Assembly (NCBI RefSeq): GCF_964213995.1
Contig: NC_135808.1
Coordinates: 25,668,001-25,732,000 of the forward strand
Length of the DNA: 64,000 nucleotides
Reading direction: 5' to 3'
DNA from: Mustelus asterias
Taxonomy: Eukaryota
Positions 10,902 to 22,830 of this stretch are shown piece by piece (the stretch's first letter is position 1; the number at the start of each line of letters is the position of its first letter). The position numbers were made by a program, and so were the translations under genes. The notes under the pieces were generated by a model. The model made no database searches. It was not told where the DNA came from and was given only the letters and a program-made list of their open reading frames with translations.

Positions 10902-13728
10902 TCAGATACCTCGACAACTGGGGCTCCTTCTGGGGTAGGTGGGACCTCTACAAAGAGGATGGTCTGCACCTGAATCAGAGGGGTACCAATATCTTGGGGG
11001 GAAAATTTGTGAATGCTCTTCGGGAGGGTTTTAAACTAATTCAGCATGGGGGTGGGTACCTGAATTGTAGCTCCAGGTTGAGCGTAGTGAGGTCATGGAT
11101 GAGGTTTCAGGGTCGCAGGAGTGTACTGGCAGGCAGGAAGGTGGTTTGAAGTGTGTCTTCTTCAACGCCAGGAGCATCCGGAATGAGGTGTGTGAACTTG
11201 CAGCATGATTCCAGAGATTAGAAGAAAAGATTGCAAAGATGATTCTGGAAAGGAGCGAAAGTAACAGGGTAGTTGTACTGGGGGACTTTAGCTTTACAAA
11301 TATTGACTGGAAAAGCTATAGTTCGAGTACTTTGGAGAAGTCGGTTTTTGTCCACTGTGTGCAGCAAGGCTTCTTGACACAGTGTGTAGATAGACCAACA
11401 AGAGGCGAGGCCACATTGGAAATGGTACTGGGTAATGTATCAGGCCAGGTGTTAGATTTGGAGGTAGGTGAGCACTTTGGTGACAGTGACCACAATTCGC
11501 TTACGTTTACCTTAGCTATGGAAAAGGATAGGTATATACCAAAGGGCAAGGTTTATAGCTCGGGGAAAGGAAATTATGATGCGATTAGGCGAGATTTAGC
11601 TGGCATAGGTTGGGGAAGGAAACTGCAGGGGATGGGCACAATTGAAATGTGGAACTTGTTCAAGGAACAGCTGCTATGTGTCCTTGATAAATATGTACCT
11701 GTCAGGCAGGGAGGAAGCAGACGTGTGAGGGAACCGTGGTTTACTAAGGATGTTGAATCTCTTGTGAAGAGGAAGAAGGAGACGAATGCAAAGATGAGAC
11801 GTGAAGGCTCAGTTCGGGAGCTTGAGAGTTACAAGTTAGCCAGGAAAGACCTAAAGAAAGAGTTAAGAAGAGCCAGGACGGGACATGAGAAGTCTTTGGC
11901 AGGTAGGATCAAGGAAAACACTAAAGCTTTCTATAGGTATGTCAGGAGTAAAATAATGACTAGGGTAAGATTAGGGCCAGTCAAGGAAAGGAGTGGGAAG
12001 TTGTGCGTGGAGTCTGAAGAGATAGGAGAGGCACTAAATGAATATTCTTCGTCAGTATTCACACTGGAGAGGGACAGTGTCGAGGGGAGTACTGAGATGC
12101 AGGCTGTTGGACTGGATGGGATTGAGGTTCATAAGGAGGAGGTGTTAGCAATTCTGGAAAGGGTAAAAATAGATAAGTCCCCTGGGCCGGATGGGATTTA
12201 TCCTAGGATTCTCTGGGAGGCTAGAGGGGAGATTGAAGAGCCTTTGGCTTTGATCTTTGGGTCGTCATTGTCTACTGGAACAGTGCCAGAAGACTGGAGG
12301 ATAGCAAATGTTGTCCCTTTGTTTAAACAGGGGAGTAGGGACAACCCTGGTAATTATAGACCGGTGAGTCTTACTTCTGTTGTGGGCAAAGTATTGGAAA
12401 GGATTATAAGAGATAGGATTTACAATCACCTGGAAAGGAATAATTTGATTAGGGATAGTCAGCACGGTTTTGTGAAGGGTAGGTCGTGCCTCACAAACCT
12501 TATTGAGTTCTTTGAGAAGGTGACCAAAGAGGTGGATGAGGGTAAAGCGGTCGATGTGGTGTGTATGGATTTCAGCAAAGCGTTTGATATGGTTCCCCAT
12601 GGTAAGCTTTTGCAGAAAATACGGACTCATGGGATTGAGGGTGATTTAGTGGTTTGGATCAGGAATTGGCCAGCTGGAAGAAAACAGAGGGTGGTGGTTG
12701 ATGGGAAATATTCGTCCTGGAGTTCAGTTCCTAGTGTTGTACCGCAAGGATCTGTTTTAGGGCCACTGCTGTTTGTCATTTTTACTAATGACCTGGATGA
12801 GGGCATAGAAGGATGGGTTAGTAAATTTGCGGATGACACTAAAGTCGGTGGAGTTGTAGACAGTGCGGAGGGAAGTGGCAGGTTATAGAGTGACATAGAT
12901 AAACTGCAGAGCTGGGCTGAGAGGTGGCAAATGGAGTTTAATGCGGAAAAGTGCGAAGTGATTCACTTTGGAAGGAGTAAGAGGAATACAGGGTACTGGG
13001 CTAATGGTAAGATACTTGGTAGTGTGGATGAACAGAGGGATCTGGGTGTCCATGTGCATAGATCCCTGAAAGTTGGTACCCAGGTTGATAGGGTTGTTAA
13101 GAAGGCGTACGGTGTGTTAGCTTTTATTGGTAGACGGATTGAGTTTCGGAGCCAGGAGGTCATGATGCAACTGTACAAAACGCTGGTGCGGCCGCACTAG
13201 GAGTATTGCGTACAGTTCTGGTCGCCGCATTATAGGAAGGATGTGGAAGTGTTGGAAAGGGTGCAGTGGAGATTTACCAGGATGTTGCCTGGTATGGTGG
13301 GAAAATCGTATGAGGAAAGGCTGAGGGACTTGAAGTTGTTTTCGTTAGAGAGAAGAAGGTTAAGAGGTGACTTAATAGAGGCATACAAGATGATCAGAGG
13401 ATTAGATAGGGTGGATAGTGAGAGCCTTTTTCCTCGGATGGTCATGGCTAGCACTAGGGGACATAGCTTTAAATTGAGAGGTGATAGATATAGGACATAT
13501 GTTAGAGGTAGGTTCTTTACTCAGAGGGTATGAGGAGCGTGGAATGCCCTGCCTGCAGCAGTAGTGGACTCGTCAACATTAAGAGCATTCAAATGGTTAT
13601 TGGATAAACATATGGATGATATTGGAATAGTGTAGGTTCGATGGGCTTTAGATTGGTTTCACTGGTCGGCGCAACATCGAAGGCCGAAGGGCCTGTACAG
13701 CGCTGTAATGTTCTATGTTCTATGTTCT
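10902..13728 (+). mobile_element. CR1 LINE (ORF1 C-terminus, internally deleted EN, RT, tail) inserted in the GPCR copy 1 C-terminus
   Basis: WGSFWGRWDLYKEDGLHL (esterase end) and FNARSIRN, then RT ORF 11239..12888 with [17 protein letters not shown] and KFADDTK, and a (TTCTATG)n tail. Flanked by AAGTT at 10897-10901 and 13729-13733 (TSD). Confidence 0.95.
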
Positions 13729-14444
13729 AAGTTCAGTGATCAGTTCATTAATGCAGTGAAGTATTAATTTACATCAACGATTCAATTACTTATGAAACAA
13801 AACAACTGAAAACAGACCTGAGGCAGCGAAGGGTGAACATCTGAGAATATAAATCAAGTATTTTTAAGTTTTAAAGTGTATTTAATTGTGTCACAAGTAG
13901 TCTTACATCAACACTGCAATTACAGAGCACGGGAGGGGCAGAGGGCGCTGGAGAATGCGATATAGATAGGGAGGAATATAGGTTTTCGAGGAGGTGACAG
14001 AAATATGAAGGATGTAGAAGTTGCAGGAAAAGATTGATAGTGATGAATGTAGGGGCTGAAGGAGGTATCAAAAATATGAGGGGTGTTCAGATACGAAACG
14101 GGAGGGGTACACGTGAGTGAAAAGTGTTTCTGGATGGCCCGGAATATACATCTCTCACCTGTTTCCACCCTTCGTTTACCATGGAGATTGATTCACAGAA
14201 ATTCTTCTCACGAATTGCACTGCCGCGGAGGCTACATGACCTTAAGCAAAATTCAGGATCAGCAATATAACAAGTCTTGTCATGGGTTGCCAAACTGAAG
14301 TCGGTGATTAGAACCTTTAACTTGGAAACAGAGAGTGGGCAACCACTTCCAACCTCAAATTAGACATACACCTCCCATTTTAAACGGTTGATATTGTCTT
14401 ATTCCACATTCTTTTTGAAACTGTCTGTCTCTTTCATTCCTTGC

Positions 14445-14581
14445 NNNNNNNNNNNNNNNNNNNNNNNNNNNNNNNNNNNNNNNNNNNNNNNNNNNNNNNN
14501 NNNNNNNNNNNNNNNNNNNNNNNNNNNNNNNNNNNNNNNNNNNNNNNNNNNNNNNNNNNNNNNNNNNNNNNNNNNNNNNNN
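14445..14581. other. Assembly gap (137 N)
   Basis: Run of n characters. Confidence 1.
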
Positions 14582-15899
14582 CTTTGCCTGTCTCTCTCCC
14601 CCTCTCTCCATGGAGTTCAGGTTCAAGCTGTCGTGTTGATTTTCCTTCGTGTTTTCAACTGCTAATGTCAAGCAGCCTTGCCTGCATCTGAATTCTAGCT
14701 AAATCAAACTGCTTTACAGCAGTGTTCGATATTCCCATCTTCTACTCAAAATGCTATGCCATTGCCTCAAATATATCTGCTCCCTAAAACTCAGCTTTTA
14801 AGTCCATCCTCAAAATCATTATTCTATTGTGATTGATCGAACTTTGGTTAACTCATTCAGGGATATATCTTCTCTACCCAGCAAAGTCATAGTTATCGGC
14901 AAGTCATTCTGCTTTTCAATAGATATCGGAAAATCCACCATTAAAATCTTGTCAGTCTCAATCTGAGCAAATTCCAGCACGAGTGTTTTTCTGTGGATTC
15001 GAAATCCTGCAAGAGTCTCCAGTTTACGTTACTATCTGGTTATGGAAAATTATTTTAATTTTTATTAAAGCAAACACAGTTCAAAACCCCATTCAGCCAC
15101 TCGTGTAAAGAAGCTACTTCGTTTCACAGATTAAAACCTAGGATTCAAAATAATGCTCCCCCACCTTTAATTATTGCCACGTATCCATGTATTTCACAAA
15201 CCACTCCATTCACTATGCTGGCAATGTTCCTGGGTTTCTATAAACTTCAACCTGCCGACCTCGAGATATATGTGCTTCCCCTGGCTTCCTCTGTGCTCAA
15301 AGCGTCTCCAAAATGCAACCATCCATCTTCCACAGACTTTAGAACTTGCGAGGATATCTTTTCAGCCATGAATGTCGGGGATCCTGCACAAGACTCCCAA
15401 CGCTTTGCTGTATGCTGGAAACCAGACAGTGTCCAAACTGAAAACATTCACCCTCTCCCAGAAAACACACGATCAATTGAAACCAATTAATATTTGTTCA
15501 GCTCTGCCCATTTCCAAGAAGAGTCGGCCTTCGAGGCAACACTGAAATTGTTTGAATTCATGTAGCTGTACCTCCAAGAACAGTTATGCAACACTGCGAG
15601 CCTGGCTGGCGGACAAACTTAAATTAGTTTTAACATAATTCTTGGTACATGGTAGATTATTTATGAAATTTTGAGAAACGATAATGTGTCCCAAGTTACA
15701 TTGATTCTATGAGCCGACAACATTTGTGTGTCCTGGAAGCTATGCCTATTAAAAACAAGAGTGTAGTGCTTTGCAGAACAAAAGAACAAGTCCAAGCATT
15801 GACCCTGTTTTAACTAAACAAAATTCATGACAGTTATTTGTTCACTCATTCCTCAGGACAATTCCTTGGCAAATCAGGTGCAATCAGCCTTGCTTCTGG

Positions 15900-16460
15900 A
15901 TCAAATTATGCTTGGGCATTAACTGACGGTCAACCTTTTGCACTCTCTATTACAATCCATCGAAAAAGCAGGCAAAACGTGTCAAACAATCAGGACAACA
16001 TCCAACTGATAATAGTATTCGTGTGAAGTGGCCTGATGAGTGAAAGACTAACACTCAAGTACTCCAATAATAACCGAATATTAAAGCAAAATAGTGCAAA
16101 CGTCTAAATTGCTGTACCTCATTCACAAAATATTCCCTCTCTCTTCACTCAGCACTGGCATCACTCGCTCACTCAGACTATCTCTCTCCAGGGAAATCCC
16201 TGGCCTGTCCCTCGTGCATCAACTTCAATACTGCTCCCACAGTGCGAACAAACAGCGGGCCTTTGTTGTCGAAGAGGTGATGGAAGGGATGGAACCATCT
16301 GTCACTATGATTCTGCCGATGACCAAAAAGAATAGGGCAATCCGAGAAATGTTATACAATTTCGTCAGTGTGATCAAGCAATGCAATTGAAAAGGTATCT
16401 AGCCAAATTTCCTTGTTAGAAGCCATTTGTATCCGTAAAAAACCGCAAAACATTGGTCAA
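15900..16460 (-). pseudogene. Possible degraded delta-group (P2Y/HCAR-like) GPCR remnant, paralogous to 35035-35415
   Basis: Antisense fragments NVLRFFTDTN, FQLHCLITLTKLYNISRIALFFLVIGRII and TTKARCLF. The DNA aligns by eye with 35040-35300. Multiple stops and frameshifts. Confidence 0.35.
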
Positions 16461-16499
16461 CTATCGAAAGTGATTTATTTAAACTTCCAGTTCACAAAA

Positions 16500-16812
16500 T
16501 TACAGAATCCCGATAGTGCAGAAGGGCGCTATTCGGCCCATCGAGTCTGAAACGACGAAGTTCCCACCCAGGTCCTATTCCCGTAACCCCACTTATTTAC
16601 CCTGCAGACCCCCTGACACTCCTGGGCTATTTTGCTTGGCCAATTAACGACCGTACATCTTTGGACTGTAGGAGAAGCCCGGAGCACCCGGAGCAAACCC
16701 ACATAGACACAGGGACAATGTGCAATCTCCACACAAACAGTCACTCAAGGCCGAAATTGGGTTCCTGGCGCTATGAGGCATCAGTGTTAACCACTGAGCC
16801 GCCATGCCTCCC
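16500..16812 (-). mobile_element. HE1-like V-SINE (older, diverged copy)
   Basis: Antisense tRNA-like head GGCATGGCGGCTCAGTGGTTAAC, the V-domain and a CR1-type tail. Confidence 0.85.
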
Positions 16813-17904
16813 ACATTAATGCACTTTATCACAAATTAAATCAACATTTGTAATCATGTCAACAATTGGAGATAATTTGTGAAACATTTTACGTGATTAA
16901 AAATATGCTGCAGAGTAAAACGACAAGCATGGTGTCGTTAAAGGGAATTTTCTGAGCTGCTTACTCCAGGAGGGAGTATGACTTTGCTACTCCTAGTATT
17001 GCTCCGTCATCCACATGGACCTCTGTGTTCACACAGGACTGAAAATTTCGATGGAAGATCTGAAAATGTGTAAGCAGCATTTTTGACCATTATTTGCTGG
17101 ACAGATGTGATAGAACAAATATTGATGGGACATAAACCCAAGAGCATCGGAATGAATCAAGCCAAAGGCAAGATAAACATAACACTAGTGAAGTTAGAAG
17201 TTTTAGAGACTGGTGAACTTTTGAGCGAGGTATAATGTCCCGAAGATTGCTGGGCTGGCCACGCAACAAAACAGTTTTGGTGAAGGACAGAAAGATACGT
17301 TCAATATTTGGAAACACAGTTGGACAAGTGTGCAGACCCAGGTATAAAAAGGAGAGCAGATTGAAGCAATTCCACCCTTGAGTCTTCTTCGCAATTTAAC
17401 TTCATCCTGCAAAACCTTCTGTCTCAGGGGAACTTCCCTGCGCTATCTCCACACCTCTTGACATTTTTAATATCTACAAATCCAATGATACCCATGTCGT
17501 ATATAGATTCAGTGACTGAGCATAATAACGTTCTGTTGTAGAGAATCCAAGGATTCAGCACACTCCGAGTGAAGACATTTCTCTGCATCTCAATCTTAAA
17601 TGGCCTTCCCCCCTAATCATGATAGTATCCTCTGTTTCTCGACACATCTACCCCCTCTAGACCGCCACCGCACCCCCACCCAGCCCCAGCACAAGCCCCA
17701 GCCCGGGAAACATCCTTCCTGCATGTGCCATGTCGAATCCTGCAAGATTTTCTGGCACCAATCAGAGCATCTGGCATTTACAAAACTCAAGAGAACATGG
17801 AGCCGGTCTCCTCAATATCTTCTGATGGAACAATCTTTTCACCCACTGTTCAGCTTGGAGAACAGTCTTTGCATTCAATCTATGGTCAGAATATCGGTCA
17901 AAAA

Positions 17905-18256
17905 ATGGTAGCACGGTGGTTAGCGGTGCTGCTTCACAGCTCCAGGGACCTGGCTTCGATTCCCGGCTTGGGTCACTGTCTGTGTGGAGTTTGCACATTC
18001 TCCTCGTGTCTGCGTGGGTTTCCTCCGGGTGCTCCGGTTTCCTCCCACAGTCATAAGATGTGCGGGTTAGGTTGATTGGCCATGCTAAAATTGCCCCTTA
18101 GTGTCCTGAGATGTGTAGGTTAGAGGGATTAGCGGGTAAATATGTAGGGTTATGGGGGTAGGGCCTGGGAGGGACTGTGGTCGGTGCAGACTCGATGGGC
18201 CAAATGGCCTCTTTCTGCGCTGTAGGGTTTCTATGATTTCTATTCTATGATTTCTA
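17905..18256 (+). mobile_element. HE1-like V-SINE, nearly full length
   Basis: tRNA-like A/B boxes (TAGCACGGTGG; GCTTCGATTCC), V-domain GTCTGCGTGGGTTTCCTCCGGGTGCTCCGGTTTCCTCCCAC and a TTCTATGA tail. Absent at the homologous unit-3 site (~41880). Confidence 0.92.
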
Positions 18257-18388
18257 ATATCCCTTCCTCCTGTCAGAAGACCATAGCTGCACACAAGTTT
18301 CAAGGTGTGGTCTCCTCAAACCACCAAGCAATTGCAGAAAGACCAAACTTACCACCAGCAATATCGTTGGATAGGCGATGGCCTAGTG

Positions 18389-19237
18389 GTATTATTGCTA
18401 CATATTCCAGAAACTCAGTTAATGTTGTTGGGACCAGGGATCGTATCCTGCCACGGCTGATGGTGGCATTTGAATTCGTGAAACTATGGCCAATCACAGT
18501 AAAAACCCATCTGGTTCATTAATGTTCCTTACGGAAGGAAATCTTCCATCCTCGCCTGATCTGCCCATATGTGACTCCAAAGCCACAGAAATATTGTTGA
18601 CTCTCAGCTGCCCTCTGAAATGGCCGAGCAAACCATTCAGATCACCAGCAGCTTCTCAAGTTCAATTGAAATCATGAAGGTTTACAGCATGGAATCAGGC
18701 CCTTTGGCACAACATGTCCATGTCACACAGCTTTTTCCCACTAAGCTAATCACAATTGCCTGCATTTGTCCATATCCCTGTACACCCAGCATATCCATAT
18801 AACTCTCCAAATGCCTTTTAAAAGACAAAATTGAACACGCCTCTACTATGATCTCTGGCAACTCGTTCCAGACACACACCACCCTCTGAGTGACAAAAAA
18901 AATGCCTCTCTGGTCCCTTTTGTATCTCTCCCCTCTCACCTGAAACCTATGTCCTCCAGTGTTAGACTCCCCTATGTTTGGGAAAAGATGGTTAGAATCT
19001 ACCTGATCCATGCCCCTCAATATTTTATAGACCTCTATAGATTCTACTGGAAGCCTCCTACCCTCCAGGGAAAAAAGTCCCATTCTATCCAACATCTCTC
19101 TGTAACTCAAACCATCTGGTCCCGGTAGCATCCTAGTAAATATTTTCTGCACTCTTTCTAGTTCAATAATATCCTGAATTTGGGATGGGCAATAAAGACC
19201 AGTCAGCGACGCCCATGTCCCACGAATGAATAAAAAA
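18389..19237 (+). mobile_element. Second tRNA-derived SINE family with a family-B LINE tail, split by a CR1 fragment
   Basis: Head TGGCCTAGTGG, core AAAACCCATCTGGTTCATTAATG...GAAGGAAATC...TGTGACTCC and tail GATGGGCAATAAA...CAGCGACGCCC. An uninterrupted homologue lies at 41984-42343, and a further fragment at 63910-64000(-). Confidence 0.7.
18672..19172 (-). mobile_element. CR1 LINE 3' fragment
   Basis: ORF 18682..19152(-): FTRMLPG...GLFSLEGRRL...FFVTQRVVCVWNELP. Confidence 0.88.
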
Positions 19238-19659
19238 TATGCCTTCCTGCGTTCTTGCTTTCAGGGACTCAGGATCAAGGGCACCCACGTCCCTTTTGCT
19301 ATCAATATTTTCCAATTTCTCCCCATTGAGAAATAGTCTTCATTTTAGTTTTTTTTCTTTCCGACCAAAATAGATCACTTCATATTTTTCTACATGATAT
19401 TACATCAGCCATGTTATTATCTACTCATGTAGCCTACCTAAATCAACCTGAGGCCCGCGTCCATCCTTTTAACTATTCTAATTCAGACCATTTTGTCTGA
19501 TCAAATATAGAAATAATACATGTCGTCCGTACATTCAAATTATTGTTATATATTTTCAAGAGCTGGTGCCCAATCACTAATTGCTGCAATATTCCACCAG
19601 TCATAGTCTAAAACTTCAGAATTATCCATTCATTACTATATCTCTGGGCCATAACGCCT

Positions 19660-19795
19660 GAGGGGTGGCATGGGATTTAACAGCCTCGCTCGACCCAAGA
19701 CCCAAAATCCCACCCTAGGCCAACGGACCTGCCCATTGTTTGTTCCTCGCCCGCTCAATTCACGTGGTTGGCCGGTCAGTTGAATTCCGGCACAA
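19660..19795 (+). repeat. GC-rich interspersed repeat of unclear class (also at 42750-42882 + and 59268-59390 -)
   Basis: Shared core GGCCTCGCTCGACCCGAGACTGGAAAATCCCGC...CAACGGACCTTCCCATTG...AGAATTCCGGC. The 59.3 kb copy lies outside the duplicated units. Confidence 0.55.
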
Positions 19796-21899
19796 CAGTC
19801 AGATTGACGCTCCACTCCTTCCTGGTGTTGCACAGTTCTGGAGTAGATTTCGGATGTTGGTTTGGTGAGAAATGTGAAGCGTGCTCTGTTCTGGAGTCCC
19901 TTCAGTGTGTGATAGCAGCATCGGGGCAAATGAAACCAAGCTCACTGTGTATGGCACTGTCTGACACAAAGCAGGGAGTTTTAAAGGCCCCAGCCAGTTT
20001 AAGAACCCAGCGAAAAAATACGTGTGTCAGGTATGTGGTTGAAATGGTTAGGGTGGATGTATGCACGTCTGATAATCGGGGATTAGCATGTAATTGAACC
20101 GTCAAAAATGTAGTGCAGCAGGTGAGTAGGTCGTAGTGTGTTCTGTAGAGTCGCCAGGTTCGGGAAGCCGGAGGATCAGAAAGTTAGTCCATGATTTGGG
20201 ACCATGATCAGGGGCTTGTGTATGAGGTAGGTGTTGTGGGCTGGATGACAAATATAGTCAGGGAGTGGGGTGGCCGGCAATCAGGGGAGGGGAACGTCAA
20301 AGGATTCAGGGTTAGTCGGGGATTCGCAAAATTGGGAAGTCGTGAGGCCGTTATGAAGCCTTGCGTTCCAATGCAGAAGACAGATTGGAGACAAAAGGAA
20401 TTATATTGCAATCCAGAGCCTATCTGGGCCAAAGTCATTTCTTGGGCTTGTCTTGTGTATCAGAGGCATTGACCACCAGGGCACGTGTAATGGGAACCGA
20501 TGTAGTTCACTCAGCCGTGTTGCCATTTAATAATATCATGTAGTTTTGAATTTCCAGTTCCATATACCCGCCTATCCTAAATAACCTTTGATACCTTTGC
20601 CAAAAAAGAATCTATCCACCTCCATCGTAAAAAAAAATCTAATGGCAACCACATCCACCTTTTGCTTGATCAAGGATTTCCAACGTTGCACTCTGAGAGA
20701 TTTATGCTTATTCCAGAGAAATTGATTTGGGAATTTTTATTTTGTTTTTCTGCTTCTATGCAGAGGTCCATTGACTTTGATTGAGGTGGAGAATGCATTT
20801 ACTGACAGCTTGAAAGATCCATAATATATTTCCCTGGCCTTTATTTGTTTGTTTTCTGGTGTGGGCGTCGCTGGCTTGGCCAACATTTAATGCCAATCCC
20901 TAATTACCCTTAAGTTGTCACCTTGAGTTGCTTCAGCTAATATGGTGCAGGTACACCATCGTGCCAGTAGGGTCGGCATTACAGAATTTTCAATTAGAGT
21001 GGAGAGTGGCTTGGTGGAGGATCAGCATGTGGCAGCGCTCCCAGGTATTTGCTGCCTTGGTTCCTCTACATGGTAGGTGTGCTGTTTGGAAAGGGCTGAA
21101 CAGAAAGCCTTGGTGAGTTTCTGCCTTGAATTCCAAATGGGACACATTGCTTTCACTCTACGTCGATCGTGAAGAGAGTGGATGTTTAATTTGATGGATG
21201 GGGTGTGGATGAAACGAGTTGTCGTGGAATCACAGAGATTTCGATAATTGAATGAGACTATTTAACCTCAAGTGCATTACACAAGTGTCAGGCAATGGCC
21301 ACCTCCCACAACAAATAATCTACTCACCTCTCTTTACATTCAATGGCATTACGATCGCTCACACACCAATACCTGGATATTGCCATTGATCAAATACTGG
21401 AACTTCGACAAAAGTAGCATAGAAGCTGGGAATTTTGCAGAAAAGAACTCACCTCATGACTCACCAAAGTCTCTAAACAAGGTACAGGTCAGCAGTGTGA
21501 AGCAGTACTCACGATGAGTATAATGCCAGAGTAAGTGACGCTGCAACAGCACTCAAGACGTTCGACACCATCCACGTAAAAGCAGTCAAGTTGATTGACA
21601 CATCGACAATCGCCTCCAACATCCACTTCAACCACTGCCAAATGCAAAGCGACAGAGGTGTGTACCAACTGCAAATTGAATGTAGCAACCCATCAACTAA
21701 CGGTTTCGACAGCATCTTCCAAACCCGCGACCTCTATCATTTGGAAGGATAAGTGCAGGAGACAACTGGGAACACCACCAACTGAAGGTTTCGCTCCAAG
21801 TCACTCACGATCCTGACTTGGAAATATATCAACGGGTCCTTCACTGTCGCTGGGTAATAATCCTGGAATTCCCTCCCAAACAGTACTGTGGGTGTAACT

Positions 21900-22830
21900 T
21901 CGTCGTCCAGTACTTCCCTGGAGCGGAGAAGCTACGACATCTCCTCCGGAACTTTCAACATGTCATTGATGAAGGCGTACATCTCGCCAAGGCCATCCCC
22001 ACACCCCCACTTCTTGCCTTCAAACAACTGCAAAACCTCAAACAGACCATTGTCGGCAGCAACCTACCCAGCCTTCAGGAGAACAGTGACCACAGCACCA
22101 CACAACCCTGCCACAGCAACCTCTGCAAGACGTGCCAGATCATCGGCATGGATGCCATCATCTCACACGAGAACACCATCCAGCAAGTACACGGTACGTA
22201 CTCTTGCAACTCGGCCAACGTTGTCTACCTGTTACGCTGCAGGAAAGGATGTCGCGAGGCATGGTACATTGGGGAAACCATGCAGATGCTACGACAACGG
22301 AAGACTGAACACCACTCGACAATCACCAGGCAAGACTGTTCTCTTCCTGTTGAGGAGCACTTCAGTGGTCACGGGCATTCAGCCTCTGATCTCCGGCTAA
22401 GCGTTCTACAAGGCGGCCTTCACGACCCACGACAGCGCAGAGTCGCTGAGCAGAGACTGATAGCCAGGTTCCGCACACATGGGGACGGCCTCAACCGGGA
22501 TATTGGGTTCATGTCACACTATCTCTAACCCCCACAACTTGCCTGGATGTGCAAAATCTCACTAGCTGTCCTGTCTGGAGACAATACACATCTCTTTAAC
22601 CTGTGCTTAATGCTCCCTCCACTCACATTCTCTGTCCCTTTAAGACTTGATTAGCTGTAAAGATTCACATTCCAATCATTATTCATGTAAATTGAGTTTG
22701 TGTCTTTGTGCCCTGTTTGTGATCAGAACTCCCACCCACCTGACGAAGGGACAGCCTGTTCCGAAAGCTAGTGGCTTTTGCTACCAAATAAAACTGTTGG
22801 ACTTGAACCTGGTGTTGTGAGACTTCTTAC
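21900..22830 (+). mobile_element. 5'-truncated Penelope-like retroelement (GIY-YIG endonuclease plus pLTR)
   Basis: ORF to 22528: PC..NLCKTC...YSCNSANVVYLLRCRKGC..WYIGET...R..EH...HF...E..LI..F.T...GLN, i.e. a PLE GIY-YIG domain with the CCHH linker. 9-bp TSD GGTGTAACT at 21891-21899 and 22831-22839. The homologous site in unit 3 (~45005) is empty. Confidence 0.93.
22736..22774 (+). ncRNA. Minimal type I hammerhead ribozyme in the Penelope pLTR
   Basis: CCAC-CUGACGA-A-GGGACA(gcc)UGUUCC-GAA-AGCU-A-GUGG. Stem I is CCAC/GUGG, both catalytic core boxes are present, stem II is a hairpin, and the palindrome AGCU replaces stem III. AATAAA follows at ~22787. Confidence 0.85.

Larger units (their letters stand above)
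8136..13809 (+). pseudogene. GPR139-like GPCR copy 1, pseudogene
   Basis: Exon 1 (8136-8199) reads QETFHSVEKIYYIVLALIAVP|GTAAGT, with CAA where copy 2 has ATG and an upstream in-frame stop at 8088. The acceptor and start of exon 2 are replaced by a LINE. The exon-2 remnant (10193-10901) runs ISSYYF...TPVC...FDQFVAI...NCCTNAFISGVTQSK. The tail resumes at 13729-13809 (KFSDQFINAVKY*...KQNN*). Confidence 0.9.

Noticed and set aside
10027-10938. 303-aa ORF as an intact GPCR gene
   Set aside because: It is a chance fusion of antisense LINE (first ~55 aa), the exon-2 remnant and LINE sequence. It lacks TM1-TM2 and has DQF in place of DRF.
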